A stretch of DNA of 64,000 nt, taken from Bacillota bacterium. Lineage in GTDB: Bacteria > Bacillota > JAAYKD01. Location of the stretch: NCBI GenBank assembly GCA_963666425.2, contig OY762825.2:640001-704000 (forward strand). Direction: 5' to 3'. Below the pieces are notes generated by a model that saw nothing but the letters and a program-made list of their open reading frames with translations, did not search any database and was not told the DNA's origin. This document shows, one piece after another, positions 38,750-48,760 of the stretch (position 1 is its first letter; the number at the start of each line of letters is the position of its first letter). The position numbers and the translations under genes were made by a program.

Positions 38750-39958
38750 TTAATGCAGATTGCGGAGAAATGTGAGATACGGCTTTTTTTCCAGCCATAA
38801 AACCGCCGCAGAAAATCCGAGAGAAAAAAGATAGACACTGCCAAAACGGATCAGGCTGTTGGAGTAAAATCCGGATAGACCAAATAGCTGAAAGACAACC
38901 GGCGAGACAAAGATAAAAATACCATGACTGCAATAAACCAAAACACTGGTTTCCCGCAGCCAGTGATAAACGGGGTTCTCTTTTAATTTTTCTTCTTTCA
39001 GCCACAGTAGGAGAAAAATCGCGGCTGGGATGGCAAAAAAGTAAAAATTATAGTCGCGCTGAATTTGATAATAGCGCAGGATTTGCGATTCCACGATCAT
39101 CAAAGCAAAACTGATCATAAAAATCAGGCGGGAGATCTCTTTTCTGACTCGAAAATTTTTCCAAGCCAGCAAGACGCCAATGGAGATAAACAAGGTAGCG
39201 TAAAATACACCGTTCCTTGTCGTATAAAACATCGAGATATATTGATTGACCCAGACGCGCACCGGCGGTACATAGAGCGTCATGCCATAATAAGCATCGG
39301 CAGGTGTACCTAATAAAAACAGAACGGCGCTGATGGCAATCACCCAACCAATCCGTAAGCGGCGCAGCAGCGCGTAAATAATCGCCATACCCAGCATCAA
39401 CGAAGGAAAATACCAGAGATGGTATTGATTGAAGGTGTGCACGATGTTATAGATAAAATTGGACAGCTGCGGACCGCTAAGACCGCTTTGCCACCAACCG
39501 ATCAAAGAATATTTGGCGTAATCCACGATCAGGCAGGGATAGGTGACGATTGCAAAAAAGCTGCGCATAAATTGCAGAGAACCACCCACTACACCATTGC
39601 TCATATAAACTAAGGCGATTAGACTATAAATGATAATGCTCCAGAAAAAAAACAGGATGCCCAAACGTTCGATGTAGCGCCATAAATAGCCTGCCTGCCG
39701 CCAACTTTTGGGCAACGCCGCCGGATAATGAGAAAAGAACAGATAAGCTGCGGTTAAAAAGAAGAAAGGTACCACCACACGGGCAATCCCCTGAATAATC
39801 AGAAAGTCTCCGGCTTCACTGTAGGTTCCCAAAGGGAAAGTGTGACCTGCCACAACGAGGATAGAACAGATGAATTTAGCAATATCCACTGCGTAATATT
39901 GCTGACGCTTCTGTTTTGCAGGCGGTGCCTGCGCTTGTTCATGCAAAGAGGAAATCAC
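38750..39958 (-). CDS. Acyltransferase-3 family membrane protein (VanT N-domain-like)
   Basis: DIAKF..SILVVAGH, RVVVPFFF, HLWYFP, TRNGVF, VYCSH; about 10 TM segments. Confidence 0.82.
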   Translation of the reverse strand: MISSLHEQAQAPPAKQKRQQYYAVDIAKFICSILVVAGHTFPLGTYSEAGDFLIIQGIARVVVPFFFLTAAYLFFSHYPAALPKSWRQAGYLWRYIERLGILFFFWSIIIYSLIALVYMSNGVVGGSLQFMRSFFAIVTYPCLIVDYAKYSLIGWWQSGLSGPQLSNFIYNIVHTFNQYHLWYFPSLMLGMAIIYALLRRLRIGWVIAISAVLFLLGTPADAYYGMTLYVPPVRVWVNQYISMFYTTRNGVFYATLFISIGVLLAWKNFRVRKEISRLIFMISFALMIVESQILRYYQIQRDYNFYFFAIPAAIFLLLWLKEEKLKENPVYHWLRETSVLVYCSHGIFIFVSPVVFQLFGLSGFYSNSLIRFGSVYLFSLGFSAAVLWLEKKPYLTFLRNLH

Positions 39959-40101
39959 CTGCCTGTCTAATCTGCTGCGGCTTTCGGTCGCACGTTACGC
40001 TTTTCTATTATAAAACCACAGCCGATAAAAAGCAATGAGAACTTGTCTTTCCTGCCGTTCTTATGCTATACTGAGTATGATAAAAAAAAAGAGGTGACGA
40101 T

Positions 40102-40842
40102 ATGGCTCTGCTGCATTGCGAAATTCATTCTGAGATTTTGCAAAAACAAACCCAGTTCCGCGCGATTTTGCCGCAAACCGGCGATGATTTTCCGGTTCTT
40201 TACCTGCTGCACGGCTTAGGAGATGACAGCAGCAGTTGGACCCGCTTCACTCAGCTGGAAAGCTGGGCCAATGAATATGGTATCGCCGTGATGATGCCGG
40301 ACGCCGAACGTAGTTTTTATGCTGATATGGCTTTTGGCGGCAATTATTATACCTATATTCAAAAAGAATTTCCACAAATTTGCGAGAGTATGTTTCGAAT
40401 TGGCCGCCTACGGGAAAAACGCTTTATTGCAGGGCTCTCTATGGGTGGCTACGGCGCTGTCAAATTGGCTTTGCGTGAACCGGATCGATATCGCGTGGCT
40501 GGCAGTTTCTCCGGTGCCTTCGATATTGAATTATGCCACACGCAGGTAACTGCTCAGGAATGGCAGGCGATCTTCGGTAAACGATTTATCACCGAAACCG
40601 AGAATGACATCCACACCTTATTGAACAAGTGCGAAGATTTCGCTGCTCTGCCCCTTTTCCACCTCAGCTGCGGTTCAAAAGACGCTTTTGCTTTTTCCCA
40701 TAAATTGTTCTACAAAAATATGTTGAAATGGAAATTGATGCCGGAGTTATTTTTGGATGAAGGTTATGCTCATACCTGGCCTTATTGGAATATTTGTATT
40801 GAGCGCTTTCTGCGCTATCTGCGGGAGGAATCTATGATTTAG
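40102..40842 (+). CDS. Alpha/beta-hydrolase esterase (tributyrin/S-formylglutathione hydrolase family)
   Basis: VLYLLHG, GLSMGGYG, CGSKD, HTWPYW. Confidence 0.88.
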   Translation: MALLHCEIHSEILQKQTQFRAILPQTGDDFPVLYLLHGLGDDSSSWTRFTQLESWANEYGIAVMMPDAERSFYADMAFGGNYYTYIQKEFPQICESMFRIGRLREKRFIAGLSMGGYGAVKLALREPDRYRVAGSFSGAFDIELCHTQVTAQEWQAIFGKRFITETENDIHTLLNKCEDFAALPLFHLSCGSKDAFAFSHKLFYKNMLKWKLMPELFLDEGYAHTWPYWNICIERFLRYLREESMI

Positions 40843-40852
40843 CTCTTTAGCT

Positions 40853-40890
40853 AAAAACGGGAACTGTTGCCAACAACAGTTCCCGTTTTT
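40853..40890. terminator. Bidirectional terminator
   Basis: AAAAACGGGAACTGTTG-ccaa-CAACAGTTCCCGTTTTT perfect stem. Confidence 0.85.
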
Positions 40891-40927
40891 AATTTAAATG
40901 CGGATAGCTCAGCGAAGTGAGCAGCAG

Positions 40928-41662
40928 CTAGGATAATTGAAAGCAATCCATATATCTCAATTTAAAGGCATTATTGCGATGCAGCGTATCAATTTTCTCT
41001 TTTATAACAGGGTCCTGACAAACACCGGTGCGAATGTACTGATCCAAAACTTGATAAGTAAAACCCAAATTATCTTCATCGCTGAAACCGCTGAGCCCGT
41101 CGGCAGGCGTTTTTTCCACCAAAGTCTCGGGTAAATGCAATGCACGTCCAAGCTCTTTGACTTCCGCTACCGTAAAGCAAGCGAGCGGACTGAAATCTCC
41201 TGCAGCGTCTCCGTAGCGCGTAGAATAGCCGACCCAATCTTCGGATAAATTACAAGTATTGACGACGCGGCCATTATTTGACTGCGAAACAGCATACAGG
41301 GTTGTCATTCTCAATCGCGCCGGCATATTTGTAGCAGACTGCTTTGAAAATAAACCGATTTCCTCAAGAATAGCCGTTTCGAGTGCCAAATAGGCGTTGG
41401 CAATATTAATCGTATAATTTTTAATCTTCAGGTGATCAACTAGAAGCCTGGCATCCTGAATATCTTTTTGCACTCCATTGGGCATCAACACGCCAATCAC
41501 CCGCTCTGCTCCCAGTGCTTCCACGCACAGAGCAGCGACGACGGAACTGTCTTTCCCTCCGGAGATACCAATCACAGCATTAGAATCGTGCCCATTTTTC
41601 AGAAACCAAGCTTGGATCCACGACACGCAAGCGTTCTTTGCCTGCATTGCGTCAAATATCAT
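40928..41662 (-). CDS. nadE: NH3-dependent NAD+ synthetase
   Basis: GISGGKDS, ARLRM, NLSE..VGYSTRYGD, PADGL, DEDNLG; no glutaminase domain. Confidence 0.93.
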   Translation of the reverse strand: MIFDAMQAKNACVSWIQAWFLKNGHDSNAVIGISGGKDSSVVAALCVEALGAERVIGVLMPNGVQKDIQDARLLVDHLKIKNYTINIANAYLALETAILEEIGLFSKQSATNMPARLRMTTLYAVSQSNNGRVVNTCNLSEDWVGYSTRYGDAAGDFSPLACFTVAEVKELGRALHLPETLVEKTPADGLSGFSDEDNLGFTYQVLDQYIRTGVCQDPVIKEKIDTLHRNNAFKLRYMDCFQLS

Positions 41663-41775
41663 CTGTATTTCTCCTTTTATTTTGCTGTAAAATGTGATCA
41701 ATTATCAAGTCCAATCCGAACTAGGCAGCGCGTATCCGGCAGCGGCAGGAACGGCGGCCTGATCAAAACCATTCC

Positions 41776-42375
41776 CTACAACTTCGCACCGTACAATTCG
41801 TGCGTTTTGATATAAGCCATCACAACCTCTTCCAAAGCATCCACCCGCTCAGCGCCATTGGCAATCTGCCGGCGAATCTCGGTCGCACTGATATCCAACA
41901 ATGGTAAAAAATTCAGGAAACGCAGATGGGATTGATTTTTTTGCAGGAGCGGTTCCTGCTGCAGCAAAGCAGCGCAGTCAAAACCAAGCCGCGGCATCAC
42001 CCAAATCTGAAAATTCTCTAATAACCGTTCTGCTTCGACCCACTTTGTCAGATAAGAGAAATTATCAGCTCCCGTTAAAAAAGCAAACTGCCGGTTTGGA
42101 TTTAGCTTTTGCAGAGACATCAAGCTATAATAAGTGCCGAACTGCGCCTGACTGTCGGACTCTAGGGAAGATACTTCAAAATGCTCGTCATGCTGCGCCA
42201 TCAGGCGGCACATCGCCAGACGATGTTTGGCTGCAATCAATTCCGGTTTATCATAACGATCCCCCACCGGCATAAAAATCAGCTTTTCTACCTCCGGCTC
42301 CTGCAGGATTCTGGTCGCAAAACACAAATGTGCTTTGGTAGGCGGATTAAAAGCGCCGCCATAGACGATCCACAT
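41776..42375 (-). CDS. nadD: Nicotinate-nucleotide adenylyltransferase
   Basis: GGAFNPPTKAH, RLAM, GADN, W, ISATEIR. Confidence 0.9.
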   Translation of the reverse strand: MWIVYGGAFNPPTKAHLCFATRILQEPEVEKLIFMPVGDRYDKPELIAAKHRLAMCRLMAQHDEHFEVSSLESDSQAQFGTYYSLMSLQKLNPNRQFAFLTGADNFSYLTKWVEAERLLENFQIWVMPRLGFDCAALLQQEPLLQKNQSHLRFLNFLPLLDISATEIRRQIANGAERVDALEEVVMAYIKTHELYGAKL

Positions 42376-42396
42376 CAATGCACCCTCCAATTGTAC

Positions 42397-42424
42397 AAGG
42401 CCGTTTCATCTATGAAACGGCCTT
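42397..42424. terminator. Perfect hairpin between aminotransferase and nadD
   Basis: AAGGCCGTTTCAT-ct-ATGAAACGGCCTT; weak U-tract on the coding strand. Confidence 0.5.
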
Positions 42425-42453
42425 TTCATCGATCAACCGAGCCAGAGCGGTGG

Positions 42454-43626
42454 CTATTTCATCATTTCCGCAAATTTCGCAGTCGCTTTTTCGATGCTGA
42501 CTGCTTTACCCTGCGCTTGTAAGGCTTCCCCAATTAAGACGATCGCTTTCTGCAGCATTTCGGGGGTTGTGTTGCCCATATGTCCGAAACGGAAGGCTTT
42601 CCCGGCTAAACTTGCCAGTGAACCTGCAAACACCACACCTTTTTCAGCCAGATAACTGCGGAACTGAGCATCGTTCACACCTTCGGGATATAGAATGCAG
42701 CTTAAGGTTGGTGCGGCAATCTCTTCCGGAGCCAATGCTTGCATGCCATATTCGGCCAAAGCAGCACGGACCGCCTTACCGGCTTTGGCATGGCGCGCAA
42801 AACGAGCCGGCAGACCTTCTGCCATGACTAATTTCATACCGGCCTCATAGGCGTTAACCATATTCACAGCAGGTGTGGCATAATATTTACCTGGGTTTTC
42901 CATCACCGGCTGCCACATTTTGATATCGGCATAATAAGCCGGAATGGTTTCCATCGCTGCTCTGGCGGCCAGCGCCTTTGCTCCAAAAGCTAAAATCGCT
43001 AAACCCGGCGGTACCGCAATGGCTTTCTGGCTGCCGGTCAGAATAACATCAATTTTATAATCGGGATGATTCGCATAGGCTTTATCCATATCTTCTTCCA
43101 ATGCTGCGGCAGCGCAGACACCATCCAAGATAAAGAGAGCACCGCTGGCTTTGACCAAAGGAACCAGTTCTTCCAGGTTTGCTACCACACCGGTCGAGGT
43201 ATCGACATGCGTCACAGTAACGGCTTTATAATGGCCGTTCGCCAATTTGGCTTTTACCTCGGCAAGATCTACATGTTCACCCCAGGCAGATTGGATCGTA
43301 TCGGTCTGGATGCCAAAAGCTTTGGCAAGCTGCAGGAAGCGATCACCAAAATAACCATGTGATAGAACAAGAATCTTCTCACCCGGTTTGACCGTATTCA
43401 CAATTGCCATCTCCATGGCTAAGGTTCCGGAACCGCAAACCACAAAGACTTGTCCATCGCGGCAATGAAACATTTCTCTGGTCATTTTCAGTGCATTGGC
43501 ATAATTCGCCACGAATCTTGGATCGGTATGTGCATATGTTTCACCGGCCAAAGCCTCATAAACCTCATCAGAAACCGGAGTGGGTCCCGGAATCAACAAC
43601 ATTTCTTTGTTCTTGGTCATTGTCAT
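42454..43626 (-). CDS. Class V PLP aminotransferase (alanine-glyoxylate/serine-pyruvate type)
   Basis: LIPGPT, GSGTLAME, HVDTSTGV, GSQKA PLP lysine, FRFGHMG. Confidence 0.9.
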   Translation of the reverse strand: MTMTKNKEMLLIPGPTPVSDEVYEALAGETYAHTDPRFVANYANALKMTREMFHCRDGQVFVVCGSGTLAMEMAIVNTVKPGEKILVLSHGYFGDRFLQLAKAFGIQTDTIQSAWGEHVDLAEVKAKLANGHYKAVTVTHVDTSTGVVANLEELVPLVKASGALFILDGVCAAAALEEDMDKAYANHPDYKIDVILTGSQKAIAVPPGLAILAFGAKALAARAAMETIPAYYADIKMWQPVMENPGKYYATPAVNMVNAYEAGMKLVMAEGLPARFARHAKAGKAVRAALAEYGMQALAPEEIAAPTLSCILYPEGVNDAQFRSYLAEKGVVFAGSLASLAGKAFRFGHMGNTTPEMLQKAIVLIGEALQAQGKAVSIEKATAKFAEMMK

Positions 43627-43697
43627 AATAAAACGCCTCCTAAATTGATTTTTATCACTTCAGAGCTGACTTTCGCTCTGCAAGTTTCAATATCCGT

Positions 43698-45095
43698 TCA
43701 ATCCTGTCCTCGGGCTGCGGCAGGATAGAGCGCCGGTTGATGACGGCGATACCAAAGTTCAGACCAGCGCAGCTGCTCTGCGCGGGATTGTTTTGCGAAT
43801 TGCGCCGCTGCGCTTGCATCGACGGGGATTCCTTGCTCTGACAGTAAATCCAGACGCGCTGTTTGCGCCGCCAATAGCAATAAGCGGCAGGTATTTTCCA
43901 GTTCCGCCAGAATTTGCACGCCATTGCAGGTCCGCATTTCTAAATAGGATAATTGCGCATGCTCTGTTTCAAGTCTGGCGATAAAATCAGCCAGGCGTTC
44001 CGGGTTCAACTGACTGCTGATTTTTGCTTGTACCAGCAAATCATCCAACAGTAAATCCGCCGGCATGATCTCCATTTTGTCAGAATCAACAGCTTGTAAA
44101 CCTTGATAACAATTACCTAAATCACGCAATGAGCTTCCGACCGAACCGCTGCGATCCTGCAGCAAGACTGCGTCCAACCAAGGGAAAACATCGTTTTCCA
44201 GATTGGTCTCCCGGCACCAAAAGATACCCGCCGCAAAAACACAAGGGTAATAGCAAATTGGTTCACAGACCGGCCAACCGGCTTGGGGCTGCAGATCTAC
44301 TAAGATGCCTTCACAAGCTGTGCTGAGGCTCTGCTCCGCTGTCTGAGTGAGCTGCCGAATCGCCAGATCCGTCGCGCCTGCCACTGTGTTGCTCAGATAA
44401 CAATCGCCATAAGCCAAGTGTTCGCTGCGCATGACCTCCTGTATCGTTTGCTGTCGGTGCGCATGAACCCGGATAAATTGCCCGGCGGCATAATCAGCCA
44501 ACCGATAGAGTTCCTCTTCAGAGAATTGCTGCAGACCATAGGCGTCCTCTTCGCACCGTGCGAAGAACAGATCGAGACGATTATACTTTAAAGCCGCCAG
44601 GCGGTCAACCCAAGCCAATAGATTCTGCAGCGTTTGGGTTCTGCCGTTAGAAAAGTGAAAGGCAGCGCTGCGCTCTGCAAAGTCCGGCCAATCGGTAACA
44701 TAACAAGTCGGCAGCGTTCGCCCGCTGAATAAAATGATCTGCCTTAACGTCTGCAGGCCAAACGCAGCGCCGACCGCATTTTTCGCACCAATATAGATCC
44801 GTTTTTGATCAATTTCCAAACGATAGCCCTGTTCATGGCGCAGCCGCGCTGCATTGCAGTCTACTACGGCAGAAAATCCTGCATCCTGCGGTAAGACCGT
44901 GCTGATCCTGACTTCAATTCCGATTTCCCGGCTGATTTCCTGCTGAAAGGCAACCGCCAAAGGCCATAAGACAGTCCGCTGTTCTTCCGGCAGCAAGAGA
45001 AAAAAAGGGGAAGGCAGCTGAGTGTCCGGACGATGCCAGATCACGGTACGCGGAGCCGGGGTGAGAGGCGGCGTGAGTTTTGGATAACGGGGCAT
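43698..45095 (-). CDS. GH20 (hexosaminidase)-like protein, catalytic barrel degenerate
   Basis: QGYRLEI...GAAFGLQTLRQ...DWPDFAER GH20 domain-2 signature; LKYNRL; no HxGxDE motif. Confidence 0.65.
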   Translation of the reverse strand: MPRYPKLTPPLTPAPRTVIWHRPDTQLPSPFFLLLPEEQRTVLWPLAVAFQQEISREIGIEVRISTVLPQDAGFSAVVDCNAARLRHEQGYRLEIDQKRIYIGAKNAVGAAFGLQTLRQIILFSGRTLPTCYVTDWPDFAERSAAFHFSNGRTQTLQNLLAWVDRLAALKYNRLDLFFARCEEDAYGLQQFSEEELYRLADYAAGQFIRVHAHRQQTIQEVMRSEHLAYGDCYLSNTVAGATDLAIRQLTQTAEQSLSTACEGILVDLQPQAGWPVCEPICYYPCVFAAGIFWCRETNLENDVFPWLDAVLLQDRSGSVGSSLRDLGNCYQGLQAVDSDKMEIMPADLLLDDLLVQAKISSQLNPERLADFIARLETEHAQLSYLEMRTCNGVQILAELENTCRLLLLAAQTARLDLLSEQGIPVDASAAAQFAKQSRAEQLRWSELWYRRHQPALYPAAARGQD

Positions 45096-45243
45096 AAAAA
45101 GAACCTCCGTAATCAGAATCCATACAAATATCTTTTACTTCTCTCTTATACGTTCTCTTCCCTTCTTTCACTGCCAACCGTAGTTCTAGTTTTCTGACTC
45201 TGCCTTTTTATTACAATAAGAACCGAATTAAGACAAGTAAAAA

Positions 45244-45275
45244 GGAATGAGTCTCCTGAAGAGCAGACTCATTCC
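45244..45275. terminator. Hairpin downstream of DUF4956
   Basis: GGAATGAGTCT...AGACTCATTCC; T-run follows on minus strand. Confidence 0.6.
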
Positions 45276-45341
45276 CCCTGCATGTTGCTTCGCAGCAGAC
45301 AAAAAGCCGCAAAGAGCGATTGACGTACCGCTTTTTAGTTT

Positions 45342-46004
45342 TTACAGTTCTTCTTTTTGCTGCTTGCGGCCGCAGACAATATTCAAATTGCCGTTGCGGC
45401 AGCGCAGTTCATCCAGGAATGCCTTACAGATGCCGGTATCCCGCAGTGTAATATGATAATGTAAATCATAGAGCGTGCCCATATTGCTTGTCTTCACTTT
45501 ATATAAATCGGCATCCGTGGTATATTTAGCAAAGATATCGTCAAAGATTCCTTCATACTCTAAATTCTCCGGGATCGTGATTTTCAGGTCTTTCTCCGCC
45601 TCCGACATTTCACCAAACTGCAGCGTAGAAAGCAGCAGCATAACCAATCCGATCACGATGCAAAATAAAATGGCCAAGGCGATATAACCCATACCGGTTG
45701 CTAAACCAATTGCCATAGCAAAGAAAATGCTGCTGATCTCTTTGGCTCCACCTGCTACGGAACGAAAGCGGACCAAACTGAACGTACCCGCGACAGCGAC
45801 TCCGGCACCGATATTACCGTTCACCATCATGATCACAAACTGCACCAGCGCAGGTAAAAGTACCAAGGTTACCACAAAACTTTTATTGTAGCGATTTTTA
45901 AACATATAGGCTGCCGCAATCGCCAGACCTAAACTCAAAGAGACTGCGGTGCAGAGGAAAAATACCGGCAGCGTAAGACTGCTTTGAACGATGCTAGCCA
46001 ACAT
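45342..46004 (-). CDS. DUF4956 membrane protein
   Basis: LPALV..VIMMVNGNIGAGVAVAGTFSLVRFRS, MAIGLATGMG, LKITIPE, LRCRNGNL; overlaps the VTC stop. Confidence 0.85.
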   Translation of the reverse strand: MLASIVQSSLTLPVFFLCTAVSLSLGLAIAAAYMFKNRYNKSFVVTLVLLPALVQFVIMMVNGNIGAGVAVAGTFSLVRFRSVAGGAKEISSIFFAMAIGLATGMGYIALAILFCIVIGLVMLLLSTLQFGEMSEAEKDLKITIPENLEYEGIFDDIFAKYTTDADLYKVKTSNMGTLYDLHYHITLRDTGICKAFLDELRCRNGNLNIVCGRKQQKEEL

Positions 46005-46725
46005 TCACTTTCACTTCTTTCTGCGAAAATTCTTGGAATAATAACTTCTGATAACAAATACCATATTTAGAAAACGAAGTGGGAAATAGATTCAGCTCAG
46101 ATAAGAGGCGGCTCAGCCAGAGCGGCGCTCCTGCGGGGATTTTGATTTCCATCAGAATCTGACCCGTCTGCAGCAGCGGTGATCCCCAATCACCTTGACT
46201 CAATTCCAATTGCGTGGAACGGGCACGGATATTTTGATCAAAGGTCAACCGCAGTTCGCTGTCCTCTTGACCAAAGAAAGCGATACGGTCATAAGCGATG
46301 AATGCTTTGGCTTTGGGTTGATAGAACTGTATAAACCAATCGATTTCACGCATGATCTGCCCCTTTTCTGCCGGATGCAGACCAGCCCGGAAATAATTAC
46401 GCGCTTCCTCCAAACTCATTTTCACTCTGCGTTTGTAAACAATGCCGTCGTATTTTTTTTTAATTTCGAGAAAAACCGGATCACCTTTTTGAGGAATTCC
46501 ATAACTGCGCAGCCGCAGTTTTTCCTTATAAATCGGTTTTTCAATAGAATTACGGATCAGCGTATATTGGTCCGTATCAAAATAAAGATTGCAGATGGTG
46601 TGCCGGCCGTAAGAATCCATCGCCATATACCCTTTGAGGCGAGCTCTCAAAGTTTCAAATTGCTGTTGATTCAAGAGATATTTCACTTCGTAGCGCTGAA
46701 ACACACTCTCTATTTGCTGTGCCAT
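45994..46725 (-). CDS. VTC/TTM-fold polyphosphate polymerase domain protein
   Basis: RYEVKY, NLYFD, KLRLRSYG, FLEIKKK, KRR, YDRIAF, LRLTFD, MEIK, FSKY. Confidence 0.87.
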   Translation of the reverse strand: MAQQIESVFQRYEVKYLLNQQQFETLRARLKGYMAMDSYGRHTICNLYFDTDQYTLIRNSIEKPIYKEKLRLRSYGIPQKGDPVFLEIKKKYDGIVYKRRVKMSLEEARNYFRAGLHPAEKGQIMREIDWFIQFYQPKAKAFIAYDRIAFFGQEDSELRLTFDQNIRARSTQLELSQGDWGSPLLQTGQILMEIKIPAGAPLWLSRLLSELNLFPTSFSKYGICYQKLLFQEFSQKEVKVNVG

Positions 46726-46777
46726 ACTCTTCCCTCCTCTGTTTTACTGCAGCACCTCGGCTCTATTTACTATGGCC

Positions 46778-46810
46778 AGCATAACGGTGTTTCCTTAAAA
46801 ACAACTGAAA
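46778..46810 (-). promoter_or_regulatory. Response-regulator-type promoter (direct repeat plus -10) for VTC-DUF4956
   Basis: Minus strand TTTCAG-ttgtt-TTTAAG-N10-TATGCT; matches the element at 25459-25491. Confidence 0.65.
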
Positions 46811-46848
46811 TCAAACTGCTATTTTATGAAAAAATCATGGCAAGCCAC

Positions 46849-46908
46849 AAAAAGAAAAAGGTGACAGAATCTGCAATTGCAAATTCTGTCACCCTTTTTG
46901 GTTTTTTT
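46849..46908. terminator. guaB terminator
   Basis: GGTGACAGAAT...ATTCTGTCACC with A/T tracts on both sides. Confidence 0.8.
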
Positions 46909-46910
46909 CT

Positions 46911-48480
<1,570 letters not shown>

Positions 48481-48760
48481 CTGATATTTCGGCAGTTCAA
48501 CTTAAAAGATCATGATAAATCATCTGTTTTGAACCAGCGAGACGCGTTTTCTCTCGCGGCTTTGCTGCGGGAGATTATTTCAGTTTACGACAAAAAAATT
48601 CAAAAGCTAAGAAAATGACACAAACAATTCATCATCCGCCTGCCAGGTTTGCTTTTTTCGTAACTGCTTTCTTATACTATCTTGCCTTGAAAGTGCTATA
48701 ATTTATAAAAAGCAGATTGCAAAGGCTGAGCATAGAAAAACACAAGGGAGGGTATACCAG

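Noticed and set aside
34976-41662. Nitrilase-family protein as a stand-alone glutaminase partner for single-domain NadE
   Set aside because: Its motifs (HRKMHLFD, TGPAHW, RALDNQ) are Nit1/Nit2-type, and the genes are 5 kb apart in separate units.
45215-45232. ATAAG-N6-TTAAG repeat as a third copy of the CiaR-like box
   Set aside because: It is on the plus strand with no -10 at the 10-nt spacing and no downstream gene in that orientation.
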